A stretch of 64,000 bases of DNA from a virus, in the IMG/VR virus record IMGVR_UViG_2929074307_000005; one strand, written 5' to 3'. Every line of letters begins with the position of its first letter. Position 1 is the stretch's first letter. The notes under the pieces were generated by a model, which saw nothing but the letters and a program-made list of their open reading frames with translations, did no database searches and had not been told where the DNA came from. Both the position numbers and the translations under genes were made by a program. Positions 27,822-37,334 of this stretch are shown here, one piece after another.

Positions 27822-28339
27822 AGGCCCGCAAACCAAAGGTTGGCACTTCGGTGTCAACCCAGACTGTCCGCATTAATGGCATCAGAACAATCATTACGAC
27901 ACGCGACGGCAAGGTGACAACAAAAGCAGCCCTGCCTCTGGAATGGGAACTGCAAGCAGCACAAGTTCGCAGCCTGCGTAAACTGCCAGAATACGTGCAC
28001 ACAGCGCGAGACGTGCAGCTGGGAACATTCACACTGGCTGGAGATCAGAACGCAGCCAAGCGTGGCCCCAAGGCGAGAGCGGAAGCGTTAGCGGCAGGAC
28101 TGACGCCGGGAGAAGCAGACGTCCGGATATATCTCTACGGTGGCGTGCTGCGGCAGATTGAAAACAAGGTCGGCAAGGCGAAGCTCGAACCAAGCCAGAT
28201 AACCCGTCACCAGCTGCTTGATGCTCTTGGCTTTCCCGTCGTGGTCGTCAGGGCAGTTACCGAGGATGATGCAGCGGAACAGGCGGTAAGGCTGGTTAAA
28301 GGCTGGCTGAGTGAAAGCGCGACAAACCAAGCCGCGTAA
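27818..28339 (+). CDS. Hypothetical protein
   Basis: ATGA overlap with the upstream gene. Confidence 0.5.
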   Translation: MKARKPKVGTSVSTQTVRINGIRTIITTRDGKVTTKAALPLEWELQAAQVRSLRKLPEYVHTARDVQLGTFTLAGDQNAAKRGPKARAEALAAGLTPGEADVRIYLYGGVLRQIENKVGKAKLEPSQITRHQLLDALGFPVVVVRAVTEDDAAEQAVRLVKGWLSESATNQAA

Positions 28340-28367
28340 GTGATGAACCAAACACGAGGAGAATTTT

Positions 28368-28733
28368 ATGAGCAAAGCAGTAACAAACAAAATCATCCCT
28401 GAAGGCTTCTATTGGTCGAAGTTGTGCGGAATGGCTTTAAGAAAGAGACAGCTAGGATCACCTGTATCTGTAGAACGGCACACCATGGCCCCAAGTTCTT
28501 TGTTGAGGCGGGCGCTTGCAGAAATATCGTCTGTCGAGAACGACGCGAATGAAGCCAAAAAGCTGACATCAGAAGACGCTTCCCGTTACGGTTCTGCATT
28601 GTGGTCTGGCAAACTGAAAGAATATTTCTCGTGGAGGGCGGGGCAGGGCTTGTCGTGGTGGCATGAACAAGAGCGCCTTTATCCTTCCGCAGCCAATGAC
28701 AATTCGGCAGCAGCAGTCAGGAAGGCAGCATGA
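28368..28733 (+). CDS. Hypothetical protein (C-terminal AANDNSAAAV)
   Basis: ccaaACACGAGGAGaattttATG upstream. Confidence 0.45.
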   Translation: MSKAVTNKIIPEGFYWSKLCGMALRKRQLGSPVSVERHTMAPSSLLRRALAEISSVENDANEAKKLTSEDASRYGSALWSGKLKEYFSWRAGQGLSWWHEQERLYPSAANDNSAAAVRKAA

Positions 28734-29638
28734 GCAGGCACAAGTCCCTTGCCGGAGCCATGACTGCTTTGATGGCTTACAAAAATCGGCCTGAAAGCGA
28801 AATCATACCCGTTTCAACAAACTGGAATGTGGTGCCTGAGAATAGCAACGAACCTGAAGTGATATCGCAGATGCATACTGAGCGGCGCATTCAGATACTT
28901 CCGACCGTTGAGGAAATCATGCGGAATGTCGGCAGTGAGGACATCGAGCGCAATGATCTAGGCCAGATAGTTCGTATAGGTCGCCTCAAATTCAGCGATG
29001 GCACGCAAGTTGAGGCAGGAAATAAATATGGACCCGGTGGCGAGGTAATCGCCACCAAACACCGAATGCCAGCGGGTGCAATGCTTGGATGCCGTGAACA
29101 GGAAAGCAGAGCGCTAGGAGGAGATGAAAATCCATCCGAAGTTGCAGCAAGTAATAACTACTTTCTAGCTGCGTTCGAATTGAAGCGCCGAGAGCGTATT
29201 CCATCAGGGAAAAAGACAAAACGAACTTATCAAACGCATGACCAAGCGAAAGAAGACCTCGCAAAAGCATACGCAAACACGCCAGCGCTGCCGCCAGTAA
29301 CAAGATGCCGGCCTGGCCTACCCAATGCAGGCAACCGCATTGGAGACAGCTTTCTTGGGATGAAGAAAACGACAACTGGTGAATCGGGATCAATGGGGTG
29401 GCAAGACGTTTCTAGTGCCCTGGTAGATCGCGAGATATGGGCCCAAGCCATTGAGGCGCTATCGGAGAGGGATAGAACGGCAATGGATACGGCGGCACAT
29501 GGGAAGGTGAGGAACTACGAAGGGTTAGGGATATCTTTGGGCTTCAAGACAGAATATTCGAGACGCAAGGGCGGACGGAAGGCCTTAACGGCGGCCAATG
29601 ATAATCTTCAAGAAAACATAAAAAGATTTTCTGCCTAG
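28730..29638 (+). CDS. Hypothetical protein (C-terminal AANDNLQENI)
   Basis: ATGA overlap with the upstream gene. Confidence 0.5.
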   Translation: MSRHKSLAGAMTALMAYKNRPESEIIPVSTNWNVVPENSNEPEVISQMHTERRIQILPTVEEIMRNVGSEDIERNDLGQIVRIGRLKFSDGTQVEAGNKYGPGGEVIATKHRMPAGAMLGCREQESRALGGDENPSEVAASNNYFLAAFELKRRERIPSGKKTKRTYQTHDQAKEDLAKAYANTPALPPVTRCRPGLPNAGNRIGDSFLGMKKTTTGESGSMGWQDVSSALVDREIWAQAIEALSERDRTAMDTAAHGKVRNYEGLGISLGFKTEYSRRKGGRKALTAANDNLQENIKRFSA

Positions 29639-29970
29639 GTCCATATTTCGCATAGTTATGGTTCTTAGATGTGAAGGGGTCGAGATGGAGACATTACGAC
29701 CTCTAACAGTTCCGACCACGGACCCTGCGCTATGCTGCATCAAGTGCAGCCTCTGAGTGTGGGGTAACTACCCGACGACGGTATTCAGTCGTCAATCGGA
29801 AAAGCAAGCGCAATCCCCTGCAGTCATTGGCTCGCAGACATAGGCAGTGCACGCCTGCATTGCGCTTGCCACTCTATTCAAATCCCCGGCGCCGTTTCTC
29901 CTCCGGCAGACGGGATACGGCGGGTTGAGGTTGGCAACGATAAAGCCAGTGCCTCCCCGCCAAACAATTC

Positions 29971-30046
29971 GCCCTTGTAGCTCAGTTGGGAGAGCGGCTG
30001 CCTTGTAAGCAGATGGTCCGGGGTTCTATTCCTCGCGAGGGCACCA
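29971..30046 (+). tRNA. tRNA-Thr (anticodon UGU), 76 nt with encoded CCA
   Basis: Cloverleaf folded by hand: acceptor GCCCTTG/CGAGGGC, D-arm GCTC..GAGC, anticodon loop cTTGTaa, T-arm CGGGG/CCTCG; one G-A mismatch in the anticodon stem. Confidence 0.65.
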
Positions 30047-30053
30047 ATTCAAT

Positions 30054-30129
30054 GCGGAGTGGAGAAGTGGTCATCTCGTCTGGTTCATACCCAGAAGACC
30101 GTCGGTTCGAATCCGACCTACCGCAACCA
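30054..30129 (+). tRNA. tRNA-Met-like (anticodon CAU) with an imperfect acceptor stem; possible degenerate phage tRNA
   Basis: Perfect T-arm GTCGG-TTCGAAT-CCGAC and anticodon arm TCTGG-ttCATac-CCAGA. Initiator-like 3' end CCGCAACCA. Acceptor stem has two mismatches. Confidence 0.45.
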
Positions 30130-30243
30130 AACAAGACCAATGGCATCTGTAATTCTTGACCTCTTGCAGATGCTTATCAGCGGGTGAGCGAAAGCTCCCC
30201 GCTGTTCTTGATAGAGGTCATTATCAGCCAATGGAGTCAAGCC

Positions 30244-30900
30244 ATGGGTTCTTTCAGGGATTTATCAGGCCAGATATTTGGTCGACTGACCGTAATTGAT
30301 CGAGCACCCAATAAGGGTGGGCGTACAATGTGGAATTATTTGTGTGAATGCGGGAACGCAGGAAGTACTGCGTCATACTACCTTACAACGGGCGGAACCA
30401 CGAGTTGTGGCTGTTTCCATCGAGAAATGGTTGGAAAAATGGGCCGCGATCAAATCATCCATGGTGCCACGAAGGGCGGCAAGCTGACAGCGACTTACTC
30501 ATCGTGGAGCGCAATGCGTGAAAGGGTGCTGAGTAAAACGCATCACGCATACGCTAGGTATGGCGGACGAGGTATTAAGATTTGTGATCGCTGGCTTGTG
30601 GGTGAAGGTTTGCTTTCCGGCTACGAGTGCTTCCTAGAAGATATGGGCGAGCGACCTGACGGGCATTCAATAGACCGCATTGACACCAACGGTAACTATG
30701 AGCCCGGTAATTGCCGTTGGGCTACACCTGCAACGCAGGCGAGAAACGCAGTCGACAATAAGATGTCAGGCATGGATGTTGGCATCCTTCACGCCATGGT
30801 GGCTAATGATAACTCACCTCTGTCAACGATGGCTGATAGGTTCGGTATATCCAAGCAGCATGCTTGGAGGATCAAGACAGGGCAGAGATGGGCGGCATAG
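30244..30900 (+). CDS. HNH_3-type endonuclease-like protein
   Basis: HSIDRIDTNGNYEPGNCRWATPATQARN; C-terminal VANDNSPLS. Confidence 0.55.
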   Translation: MGSFRDLSGQIFGRLTVIDRAPNKGGRTMWNYLCECGNAGSTASYYLTTGGTTSCGCFHREMVGKMGRDQIIHGATKGGKLTATYSSWSAMRERVLSKTHHAYARYGGRGIKICDRWLVGEGLLSGYECFLEDMGERPDGHSIDRIDTNGNYEPGNCRWATPATQARNAVDNKMSGMDVGILHAMVANDNSPLSTMADRFGISKQHAWRIKTGQRWAA

Positions 30901-31193
30901 GCCAACGAAGCGTTGAGGCTCGTCAGTATCACAAGCTTTATCGTACAGCGCGTTGGCAGCGTCTAAGGCAACATCAACTCGCACAGCAACCGCTTTGTGA
31001 GTGGTGCCTGCAAATGGAAATCATTGAACCTGCAACTGAGGTCCACCACCACGGGCCGCATCGAGGCGACTTGGATAAATTCTGGTCTGGGCCGTTCATA
31101 TCCACATGCAAGTCATGCCACGCCTCACGCGGTCAACGTGAAGACCTCGGGCAAACCATCGTGACTTTCGGGGCCGATGGGTGGCCGGTTTAA
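30888..31193 (+). CDS. Small HNH endonuclease of the terminase-associated type
   Basis: YRTARWQRLRQHQLAQQPLCEWC...EVHH; located immediately upstream of TerS. Confidence 0.75.
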   Translation: MGGIGQRSVEARQYHKLYRTARWQRLRQHQLAQQPLCEWCLQMEIIEPATEVHHHGPHRGDLDKFWSGPFISTCKSCHASRGQREDLGQTIVTFGADGWPV

Positions 31194-31298
31194 CCCCCGG
31201 GCATAACAAAAAGTCCAACGCTTTCGATTCCAACGGAACGGCGAGGGACTGTCGAACGCGATCCCGCAAGTTTTCAAAGTTTTTTTTACAGGTGAATA

Positions 31299-31769
31299 AT
31301 GGGCGCAAGAGGGCCAAGGCCTGAAACGCCTGAAATTCAGGCGCTAAAGGGTAATCCGGGCAAGCGAAAGAAGCGTGCGCCGTCGATACGCCCGAACGGC
31401 GATGTTTATATTCCAAACTATTTAGATGACGATGCCCGCGAGTGCTTCGAGATGATCGTCTCGGCTATGCCGCCAAGCACTTACTCGGCGACAGACGCGG
31501 GCGGTATTGCCGTTTACGCAGCCGCATGGGCTGACCACAAACGCGCGACAGAAGCATTAAAGACATTACCGGCATTGGTGCCGGGGTCGACCGGGAATCT
31601 GTCAGTAAACCCATGGTTCAAGATCAAGAATGAAGCCGCACGCATTATGATGGCAATGGGCGACCGCTTAGGGTTGGACCCAAAATCGCGCGCTGGTCTT
31701 GTTGCGCCAGAGGAGAAGCCAAAATCGAAGTTCGCAGGCCTGATTGGGCAAAGCGCGGTGAAGGCGTAA
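31299..31769 (+). CDS. terS: Terminase small subunit (P27 family)
   Basis: N-terminus MGARGPRP...LKGNPGKR; size; position. Confidence 0.8.
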   Translation: MGARGPRPETPEIQALKGNPGKRKKRAPSIRPNGDVYIPNYLDDDARECFEMIVSAMPPSTYSATDAGGIAVYAAAWADHKRATEALKTLPALVPGSTGNLSVNPWFKIKNEAARIMMAMGDRLGLDPKSRAGLVAPEEKPKSKFAGLIGQSAVKA

Positions 31770-31819
31770 CCCAACAGGGGCTGGACCGTGCAGAACGTGT
31801 AATCCAGTTCATTGAGCTG

Positions 31820-33346
31820 TTGCGCGTACCGAGCGGTGAAGGGCAAGGCGGTCAACTACTGCTTAGACCTTGGCAAAAGCAGTTCATATCCGACTTGTAT
31901 GCGCCGCATGATGCGAAAGGCCTTCGAAGAGTGAGGCGGGCTTTGCTGTCAGTTGCGCGTAAAAACGGCAAGACGGCGATTATCGCTGCCATTGCACTGG
32001 CTCATCTTATCGGCCCCGAGGCTATACAGAACGGCGAAATCTATTCAGCTGCTAATGATCGAGAGCAGGCGGCACAGGTTTTCAAATTCATTCGCCAGTT
32101 GGTGGATGCTGACGAAGAGTTAAGCCAGGCGCTTGACGTCGTACCGTCGACCAAAACGGTTGTGTGTAAGAGCAACGGTTCCTTTTACAGGGCACTGAGC
32201 GCCGAAGCGGGCACAAAGCATGGCTTGAACCCGTCAGTTTGGATCTACGACGAGCTGGCTCAGTCTAAAAACCAAGAACTCTATGAGGTAATGAACACCT
32301 CTCAGGGCGCTCGGCAAGAGCCGCTGGGGATCGTCATTTCTACACAGTCGCCAGATCCTGAGCACCCGCTTTCAAAGTTGATCGATGATGGCCTAGTAGC
32401 TGATGATCAAACCGTTCTAGTTCACCTGTATTGCGCAGATGATGAAGCCGATATCATGGATGTAGATGCGTGGAACGCGGCAAATCCAGCCTTAGGAGAC
32501 TTTAGATCTATTGAAGATCTCAAGGCGCTTGCTGTGCAGGCGTCCCGCATGAAGACAATGGAATCGAGTTTTCGGAACCTATATCTCAACCAGCGTGTAG
32601 ATCAGACATCCCCGCTCATTCCTCGTTCCGAATGGAAGGCGTGCCAGACAGGCGGAACACTTACTGCGGGAGAGCGAGCCTTTTTTGCGCTCGATCTTTC
32701 GGGCGTACATGATCTTACGTCACTTGTTGGTGTGAGCGCCGATGCAAGTGAAGATAGATTAAAGGCATGGAACTGGAAGCCGCAGGAGTTCTTGCTTGAC
32801 CACACAAAGCGAGATCGCGCTCCATATGACGTTTGGGCCGCCGAGGGCTGGTTAGATACTCCTCCCGGTCGCGCTATCGATTATGCGTATGTTGCTCAGC
32901 GAATAGCTGAAATTCGTGAAGAATATGATGTCGTCGGGCTGGCTTATGATCGCTGGCGCATTGAACAACTACTCGTCGAATTTCAGCGCATTGGTGTCGA
33001 TGTCTTTATCGACGGCAAGGACAAGCCATATGATGGCGCGTTGCGCCTTGTTCCGTGGGGGCAAGGATATCGCGATATGTCGCCAGCAGTTGAAGCGCTG
33101 GAAGCTTCGGTCATTCATCGCCGATTAAAGCACGACGGCAATCCGGTGCTGACTTTCTGCTTTGCGAACGCGATCGTGGCAACTGACGCATCCGGTAATC
33201 GCAAACTCGATAAGAGCAAAACTAGATTTCGTATCGACGGCGCCGTCGCATCAGCGATGGCAATCGGCCTAAAGGCTCGCGAAGTTACACCCGAAGAGCC
33301 AGAAAACCTAGATGACTTCATCAATAACATGGTCGTCATCGCCTAA
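31820..33346 (+). CDS. terL: Terminase large subunit
   Basis: Terminase_1-like ATPase (SVARKNGKTAIIAAIAL) and nuclease domains; only a TTG start is available, with no clear Shine-Dalgarno sequence. Confidence 0.8.
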   Translation: MRVPSGEGQGGQLLLRPWQKQFISDLYAPHDAKGLRRVRRALLSVARKNGKTAIIAAIALAHLIGPEAIQNGEIYSAANDREQAAQVFKFIRQLVDADEELSQALDVVPSTKTVVCKSNGSFYRALSAEAGTKHGLNPSVWIYDELAQSKNQELYEVMNTSQGARQEPLGIVISTQSPDPEHPLSKLIDDGLVADDQTVLVHLYCADDEADIMDVDAWNAANPALGDFRSIEDLKALAVQASRMKTMESSFRNLYLNQRVDQTSPLIPRSEWKACQTGGTLTAGERAFFALDLSGVHDLTSLVGVSADASEDRLKAWNWKPQEFLLDHTKRDRAPYDVWAAEGWLDTPPGRAIDYAYVAQRIAEIREEYDVVGLAYDRWRIEQLLVEFQRIGVDVFIDGKDKPYDGALRLVPWGQGYRDMSPAVEALEASVIHRRLKHDGNPVLTFCFANAIVATDASGNRKLDKSKTRFRIDGAVASAMAIGLKAREVTPEEPENLDDFINNMVVIA

Positions 33347-33363
33347 CTCACGACGGAGCGAAT

Positions 33364-34608
33364 ATGGGCTTCATTGATCGATGGGTCGGAAAACCCATCA
33401 AGCTCACCGACGGCGAGTTCTGGCGAGGTTTCTTCGGCCTTGGAACAACGTCGGGTGAAACAGTCACTTACGAAAAGGCTCTTGAGCTTGATGCTGTTTG
33501 GGCCTGCGTAAATCTCGTAGCTAACTCTGTGAAAACGCTGCCATGCAACGTGTTCAAAGACGACGGCGTTACAATCGATCGTGAAAACGTTCTTTATGAG
33601 CTGCTTCACGATATGCCCAATCTTGACGACACAGCGTCTGATTTTTGGGCCATGGTTGCGATGTGCCTTTGTCTGGATGGCAACTTCTTTGCTGAAAAGA
33701 AGATGAACGGCGGTCGGCTTACGGCTTTGAATCCGTTTCATCCTCTTGCTGTTAAGGTCTGCCGAGACGATCGAAACAATCGCTATTACGAAGTGACTGA
33801 AACCGCCAAGGGAAAGTCAGGCACGACCCGACGTATCAGCGAAGACAAGATGTTTCACGTTCGCGGGATGGTTATTCCCGGCTGTGATCGTGGTCTTTCG
33901 CCAATTGGTGTGGTCAGAAACACTGTCGGTAACGCGCTTGCGGGTGAAAAGACGGCTGGCAAAATGTTTGCCAACGGCATGCAGGTTGCAGGCGTTCTTT
34001 CATCGGACCAGATCCTAAAATCAGAGCAGCGCAAACAGCTCGGCGAGGTGCTTGGCCAGTTTGCCGGGTCTGATAAGGCCGGTAAAATTGCTGTTCTTGA
34101 AGCTGGACTTCAATACAAGCAGCTAACAATCAATCCACAAGACGCACAGATGCTCGAAACGCGTCAGTTCAGCGTTGAGCAGATCTGCCGCATCTTCGGT
34201 GTTCCGCCTGTCATGATTGGCCATGCCTCGAATGGCACGACAACGTGGGGCAGTGGGATCGAGCAGTTAATCCTGCAGTTTACCAAGACCTGCCTCACTC
34301 CGTTGCTGCGAAGCATTGAATCGGCAGTCTATCGCGATTTGCTTGATGCAAAGACGCGCAAAACGACTGTCGTGAAGTTCAATATGGAAGGCTTGCTGAG
34401 AGGCGATAGCCAAGCTCGCGCCGAATTCCTTCAACGGATGGTTCAGAACGGCATTTATACGCCGAATGAGGCCAGAAGTTACGAAAACAAAGCGTCGAAG
34501 CCGGGCGGTGACGAGCTCATCGTCAACGGAACAATGCAACCTTTGCACGGCATCGGCCACAACGGCGGACCATCGCTTGATGGCGCGCCCGACACGCGCG
34601 CTGCTTAA
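33364..34608 (+). CDS. Portal protein, HK97 family
   Basis: Size, order and sequence character. Confidence 0.8.
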   Translation: MGFIDRWVGKPIKLTDGEFWRGFFGLGTTSGETVTYEKALELDAVWACVNLVANSVKTLPCNVFKDDGVTIDRENVLYELLHDMPNLDDTASDFWAMVAMCLCLDGNFFAEKKMNGGRLTALNPFHPLAVKVCRDDRNNRYYEVTETAKGKSGTTRRISEDKMFHVRGMVIPGCDRGLSPIGVVRNTVGNALAGEKTAGKMFANGMQVAGVLSSDQILKSEQRKQLGEVLGQFAGSDKAGKIAVLEAGLQYKQLTINPQDAQMLETRQFSVEQICRIFGVPPVMIGHASNGTTTWGSGIEQLILQFTKTCLTPLLRSIESAVYRDLLDAKTRKTTVVKFNMEGLLRGDSQARAEFLQRMVQNGIYTPNEARSYENKASKPGGDELIVNGTMQPLHGIGHNGGPSLDGAPDTRAA

Positions 34609-34617
34609 GGGATTTCA

Positions 34618-35733
34618 ATGAAGTATCAGAATATCCTCTCGGCATTCGCTGCCGAGCCTTGGGCAATTGCGCCTGAAAAACTCGAAGCTATGACCGCCTT
34701 CCTGCTGTTTAAGGCAGAAGGCGGCAGCTTTTCGCCTGATGAGGTCGCCGCCCGTATCAGCAACAAGCGAGCTAATGAACTCGCAAAGACGGAAGGCGCA
34801 ACCGCTGTCATCCCTGTTTATGGCGTACTTGCGCAGCGCATGGACCTCATGTCTGAGATCAGCGGTGGTGTTTCATACCAGTCTCTGAAGCGAAGCATCC
34901 ACGAGGCGCTAGCCAATGATGACGTGAAGGCTGTTGTTCTGGACATTGATAGTCCGGGTGGGGCTGTTCCGGGCACTGATGAGCTTGCTTCTGAAATCCG
35001 CGCCCTTCGTGGCGGTGACAAGCCAATTATTGCACAGGTCAACAGTTTGGCCGCTAGCGCAGCCTATTGGATAGCATCTGCTGCCGACGAGATTGTTGTC
35101 ACCCCATCTGGCCGTGCGGGCTCTATTGGAGTTTACACATCGCACGATGACGTGTCTGCGTATCTCGAAAAGAATGGCGTTAAGCGCACGTATATTTCAG
35201 CGGGCAAATACAAGGTCGAAGGCAACGAAGTTGAGCCTTTGGGTGAAGATGCTCGCCAGTTTATTCAGGATCGCGTTGATTATTCTTATCGCCGTTTTGT
35301 TGAGGCAGTGGCGGAAGGCCGCGGCGTCACGAAGTCCAAAGTAGAGGACGGATTCGGTCAGGGTCGCGTGTTTTTCGCACAAGAACTTCTCGATCGTGGA
35401 ATGGCCGACCGGATCGCCACGCTAGACGAGACATTGGCTCGATATGGCTCCGACAGCACACCTCAGCCAATTAGGCGCATCAAAGCCGCAAACACGGCGC
35501 GCGCGCAGGATGCCGACACGCTGATCGCGAAGATCCGTGCTGGTGATGAAGTTTCAAAACGTGAATTCGAGAACGGCCTCAAGGGTCTTGTGGGCTGTTC
35601 GAATTCAGAGGCAGAGCGGGCCGCTCGGCTCTACCTCAAGTCTGATCAGGGGGAACCTGATGTCGATGCGGATGCTGCTGTTTCGGCGGCGCTAGATCAG
35701 CTCATCGCTGAAACAAAATCGTTCAAAATTTAA
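34618..35733 (+). CDS. Prohead protease, S49 (SppA/ClpP-like) family
   Basis: VLDIDSPGG motif; position between portal and capsid. Confidence 0.8.
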   Translation: MKYQNILSAFAAEPWAIAPEKLEAMTAFLLFKAEGGSFSPDEVAARISNKRANELAKTEGATAVIPVYGVLAQRMDLMSEISGGVSYQSLKRSIHEALANDDVKAVVLDIDSPGGAVPGTDELASEIRALRGGDKPIIAQVNSLAASAAYWIASAADEIVVTPSGRAGSIGVYTSHDDVSAYLEKNGVKRTYISAGKYKVEGNEVEPLGEDARQFIQDRVDYSYRRFVEAVAEGRGVTKSKVEDGFGQGRVFFAQELLDRGMADRIATLDETLARYGSDSTPQPIRRIKAANTARAQDADTLIAKIRAGDEVSKREFENGLKGLVGCSNSEAERAARLYLKSDQGEPDVDADAAVSAALDQLIAETKSFKI

Positions 35734-35747
35734 CATCAGGAGGACTT

Positions 35748-36953
35748 ATGTCCGATATTAATCTAGCCGATAAGATCGGCGAGCTTGGCCAGTCGATTGC
35801 TGCCATCAAAGAACACGTCGGCAATCTGGGTGCTGAATACACTGCAAAGCTTGAACAGGCGGGCACTGTATCTACTGAGCTGAAGGACAAGACCGACAAG
35901 GCTCTGTCGCAGCTTGGTGAAGCTACCACTCGTATCAGTGAGCTTGAAAAGCGCGCGGCTCGCGAAAAAGAAGTCCAAACTGCTGGCTTTAAGGGCCTCG
36001 GTGACTATCTCGTCGAATCTGAAAAGTTCCTTGCCATGGACAAGGGCGGTCGCGGCTCCGTTCGCGTAAAGGCCGAGCGCGCAGATATTACTTCTGCCAA
36101 CACAACTGTCGGTGCCGGTCGCTCGGATACAACGTCGCTTGTGTCGGGTCATCGCGTGCCAGGCATTATTGCTCCGCCTAACCGCACCTTCACGATCCGT
36201 GATCTGCTTGCACAGGGTGAAACCTCGAGCAACAGCATCGAGTACGTAAAGGAAACGGGCTTTACCAACAACGCCGCTCCGGTTGCCGAAGCGCCGACCA
36301 CGCCGAAGCCGAAGTCGGATATCACTTTCGACCTTGAAACGACGCCGGTTCGCACGATCGCACATATCTTCAAGGCTTCTCGCCAGATCATGGACGACGC
36401 GCCAGCACTTGCTTCGTACATCAATGCGCGCGGCACGTACGGACTGAAGTTCGTTGAAGAAAATCAGCTCCTCAACGGTGATGGCACCGGCCAGAACCTG
36501 AACGGCCTTCTGCCGCAGGCTACTGCCTTTGCTCCAGCGTTTACGCCGGCATCCGCAAACGGCATCGATCGTCTGCGCCTCGCAGTGCTGCAGGTCATTC
36601 TTGCTGAATACCCAGCAACTGGCTTCGTCCTCAATCCAACTGATTGGGCCAAGCTGGAACTGACGAAGGACGGCGAAGGTCGGTACATCATCGGTAACGC
36701 TCAGGGTGCTACCGCTCCGACCCTCTGGAACCTTCCAGTGGTTCAGACGCAGGCCATGGCCGTCAATGAGTTCCTGACCGGTGCGTTCAATCTTGCCGCT
36801 CAGATCTTTGACCGTCAGGATGTTGAAGTTCTGCTCTCGAGCGAGAACGAAGACGACTTCGTCAAGAACATGCTGACGATCCGCGTGGAAGAGCGTCTTG
36901 CACTGGCCGTATATCGTCCTGAAGCATTCGTTACCGGCGACGTCGAGGAATAA
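35748..36953 (+). CDS. Major capsid protein, HK97 fold with an N-terminal delta/scaffold region
   Basis: N-terminal coiled coil then capsid domain; order. Confidence 0.85.
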   Translation: MSDINLADKIGELGQSIAAIKEHVGNLGAEYTAKLEQAGTVSTELKDKTDKALSQLGEATTRISELEKRAAREKEVQTAGFKGLGDYLVESEKFLAMDKGGRGSVRVKAERADITSANTTVGAGRSDTTSLVSGHRVPGIIAPPNRTFTIRDLLAQGETSSNSIEYVKETGFTNNAAPVAEAPTTPKPKSDITFDLETTPVRTIAHIFKASRQIMDDAPALASYINARGTYGLKFVEENQLLNGDGTGQNLNGLLPQATAFAPAFTPASANGIDRLRLAVLQVILAEYPATGFVLNPTDWAKLELTKDGEGRYIIGNAQGATAPTLWNLPVVQTQAMAVNEFLTGAFNLAAQIFDRQDVEVLLSSENEDDFVKNMLTIRVEERLALAVYRPEAFVTGDVEE

Positions 36954-36998
36954 TAGCGGCTGGGAGGCTCCGGCCTCCCTCCCTTTTGGGAGGGTCAT

Positions 36999-37331
36999 AT
37001 GGCGCTATTAGAACTTGATACTGTCAAACGCCACCTACGCGTCTTTCATGATGATGAAGGCAGCCAAATAGAAATCTATACGGCTGCTGCGGAATCTATC
37101 GTTACGGAATATCTCGACCGAGAAGTTGTCGCGACCGGCGAAACTCCAACGATGCCTGACGGCATTGCTGTTGGTCCCGCTATTGTTGCGGCAATTTTGT
37201 TGGTTACAGCTGATCTGTACGAAAACAGAGAGCCTGACATGAGCGTACAGGGCGAGGTGGTTTTACCTCGACACGTTCGTGCTCTATTGGCTCCGTGGCG
37301 TGTTTGGCGTTCTATTCCTGAAGTGGATTAA
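36999..37331 (+). CDS. Head-tail connector (gp6-like)
   Basis: MALLELDTVKRHLRV...; size. Confidence 0.65.
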   Translation: MALLELDTVKRHLRVFHDDEGSQIEIYTAAAESIVTEYLDREVVATGETPTMPDGIAVGPAIVAAILLVTADLYENREPDMSVQGEVVLPRHVRALLAPWRVWRSIPEVD

Positions 37332-37334
37332 TGA

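Noticed and set aside
29971-30129. tRNAs as the integration (att) site of this prophage
   Set aside because: The integrase is ~29 kb away at the left edge, and phage genes flank the tRNAs on both sides. They are phage-carried tRNAs, not attL or attR.
4773-30900. ANDN-encoding sequence (GCSAAYGAYAAY) as a DNA-level site, for example a methyltransferase target or protein-binding site
   Set aside because: Every copy is in-frame and follows the gene's own strand, including the minus-strand gene. Copies sit near protein C-termini or linkers rather than in intergenic DNA. A peptide-level explanation is more parsimonious, though the DNA alternative is noted for testing.
35763-36998. 411-aa minus-strand ORF
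   Set aside because: It is antisense to the HK97-like major capsid gene, and long antisense ORFs are common in high-GC DNA. The capsid gene has the correct order and the expected delta domain.
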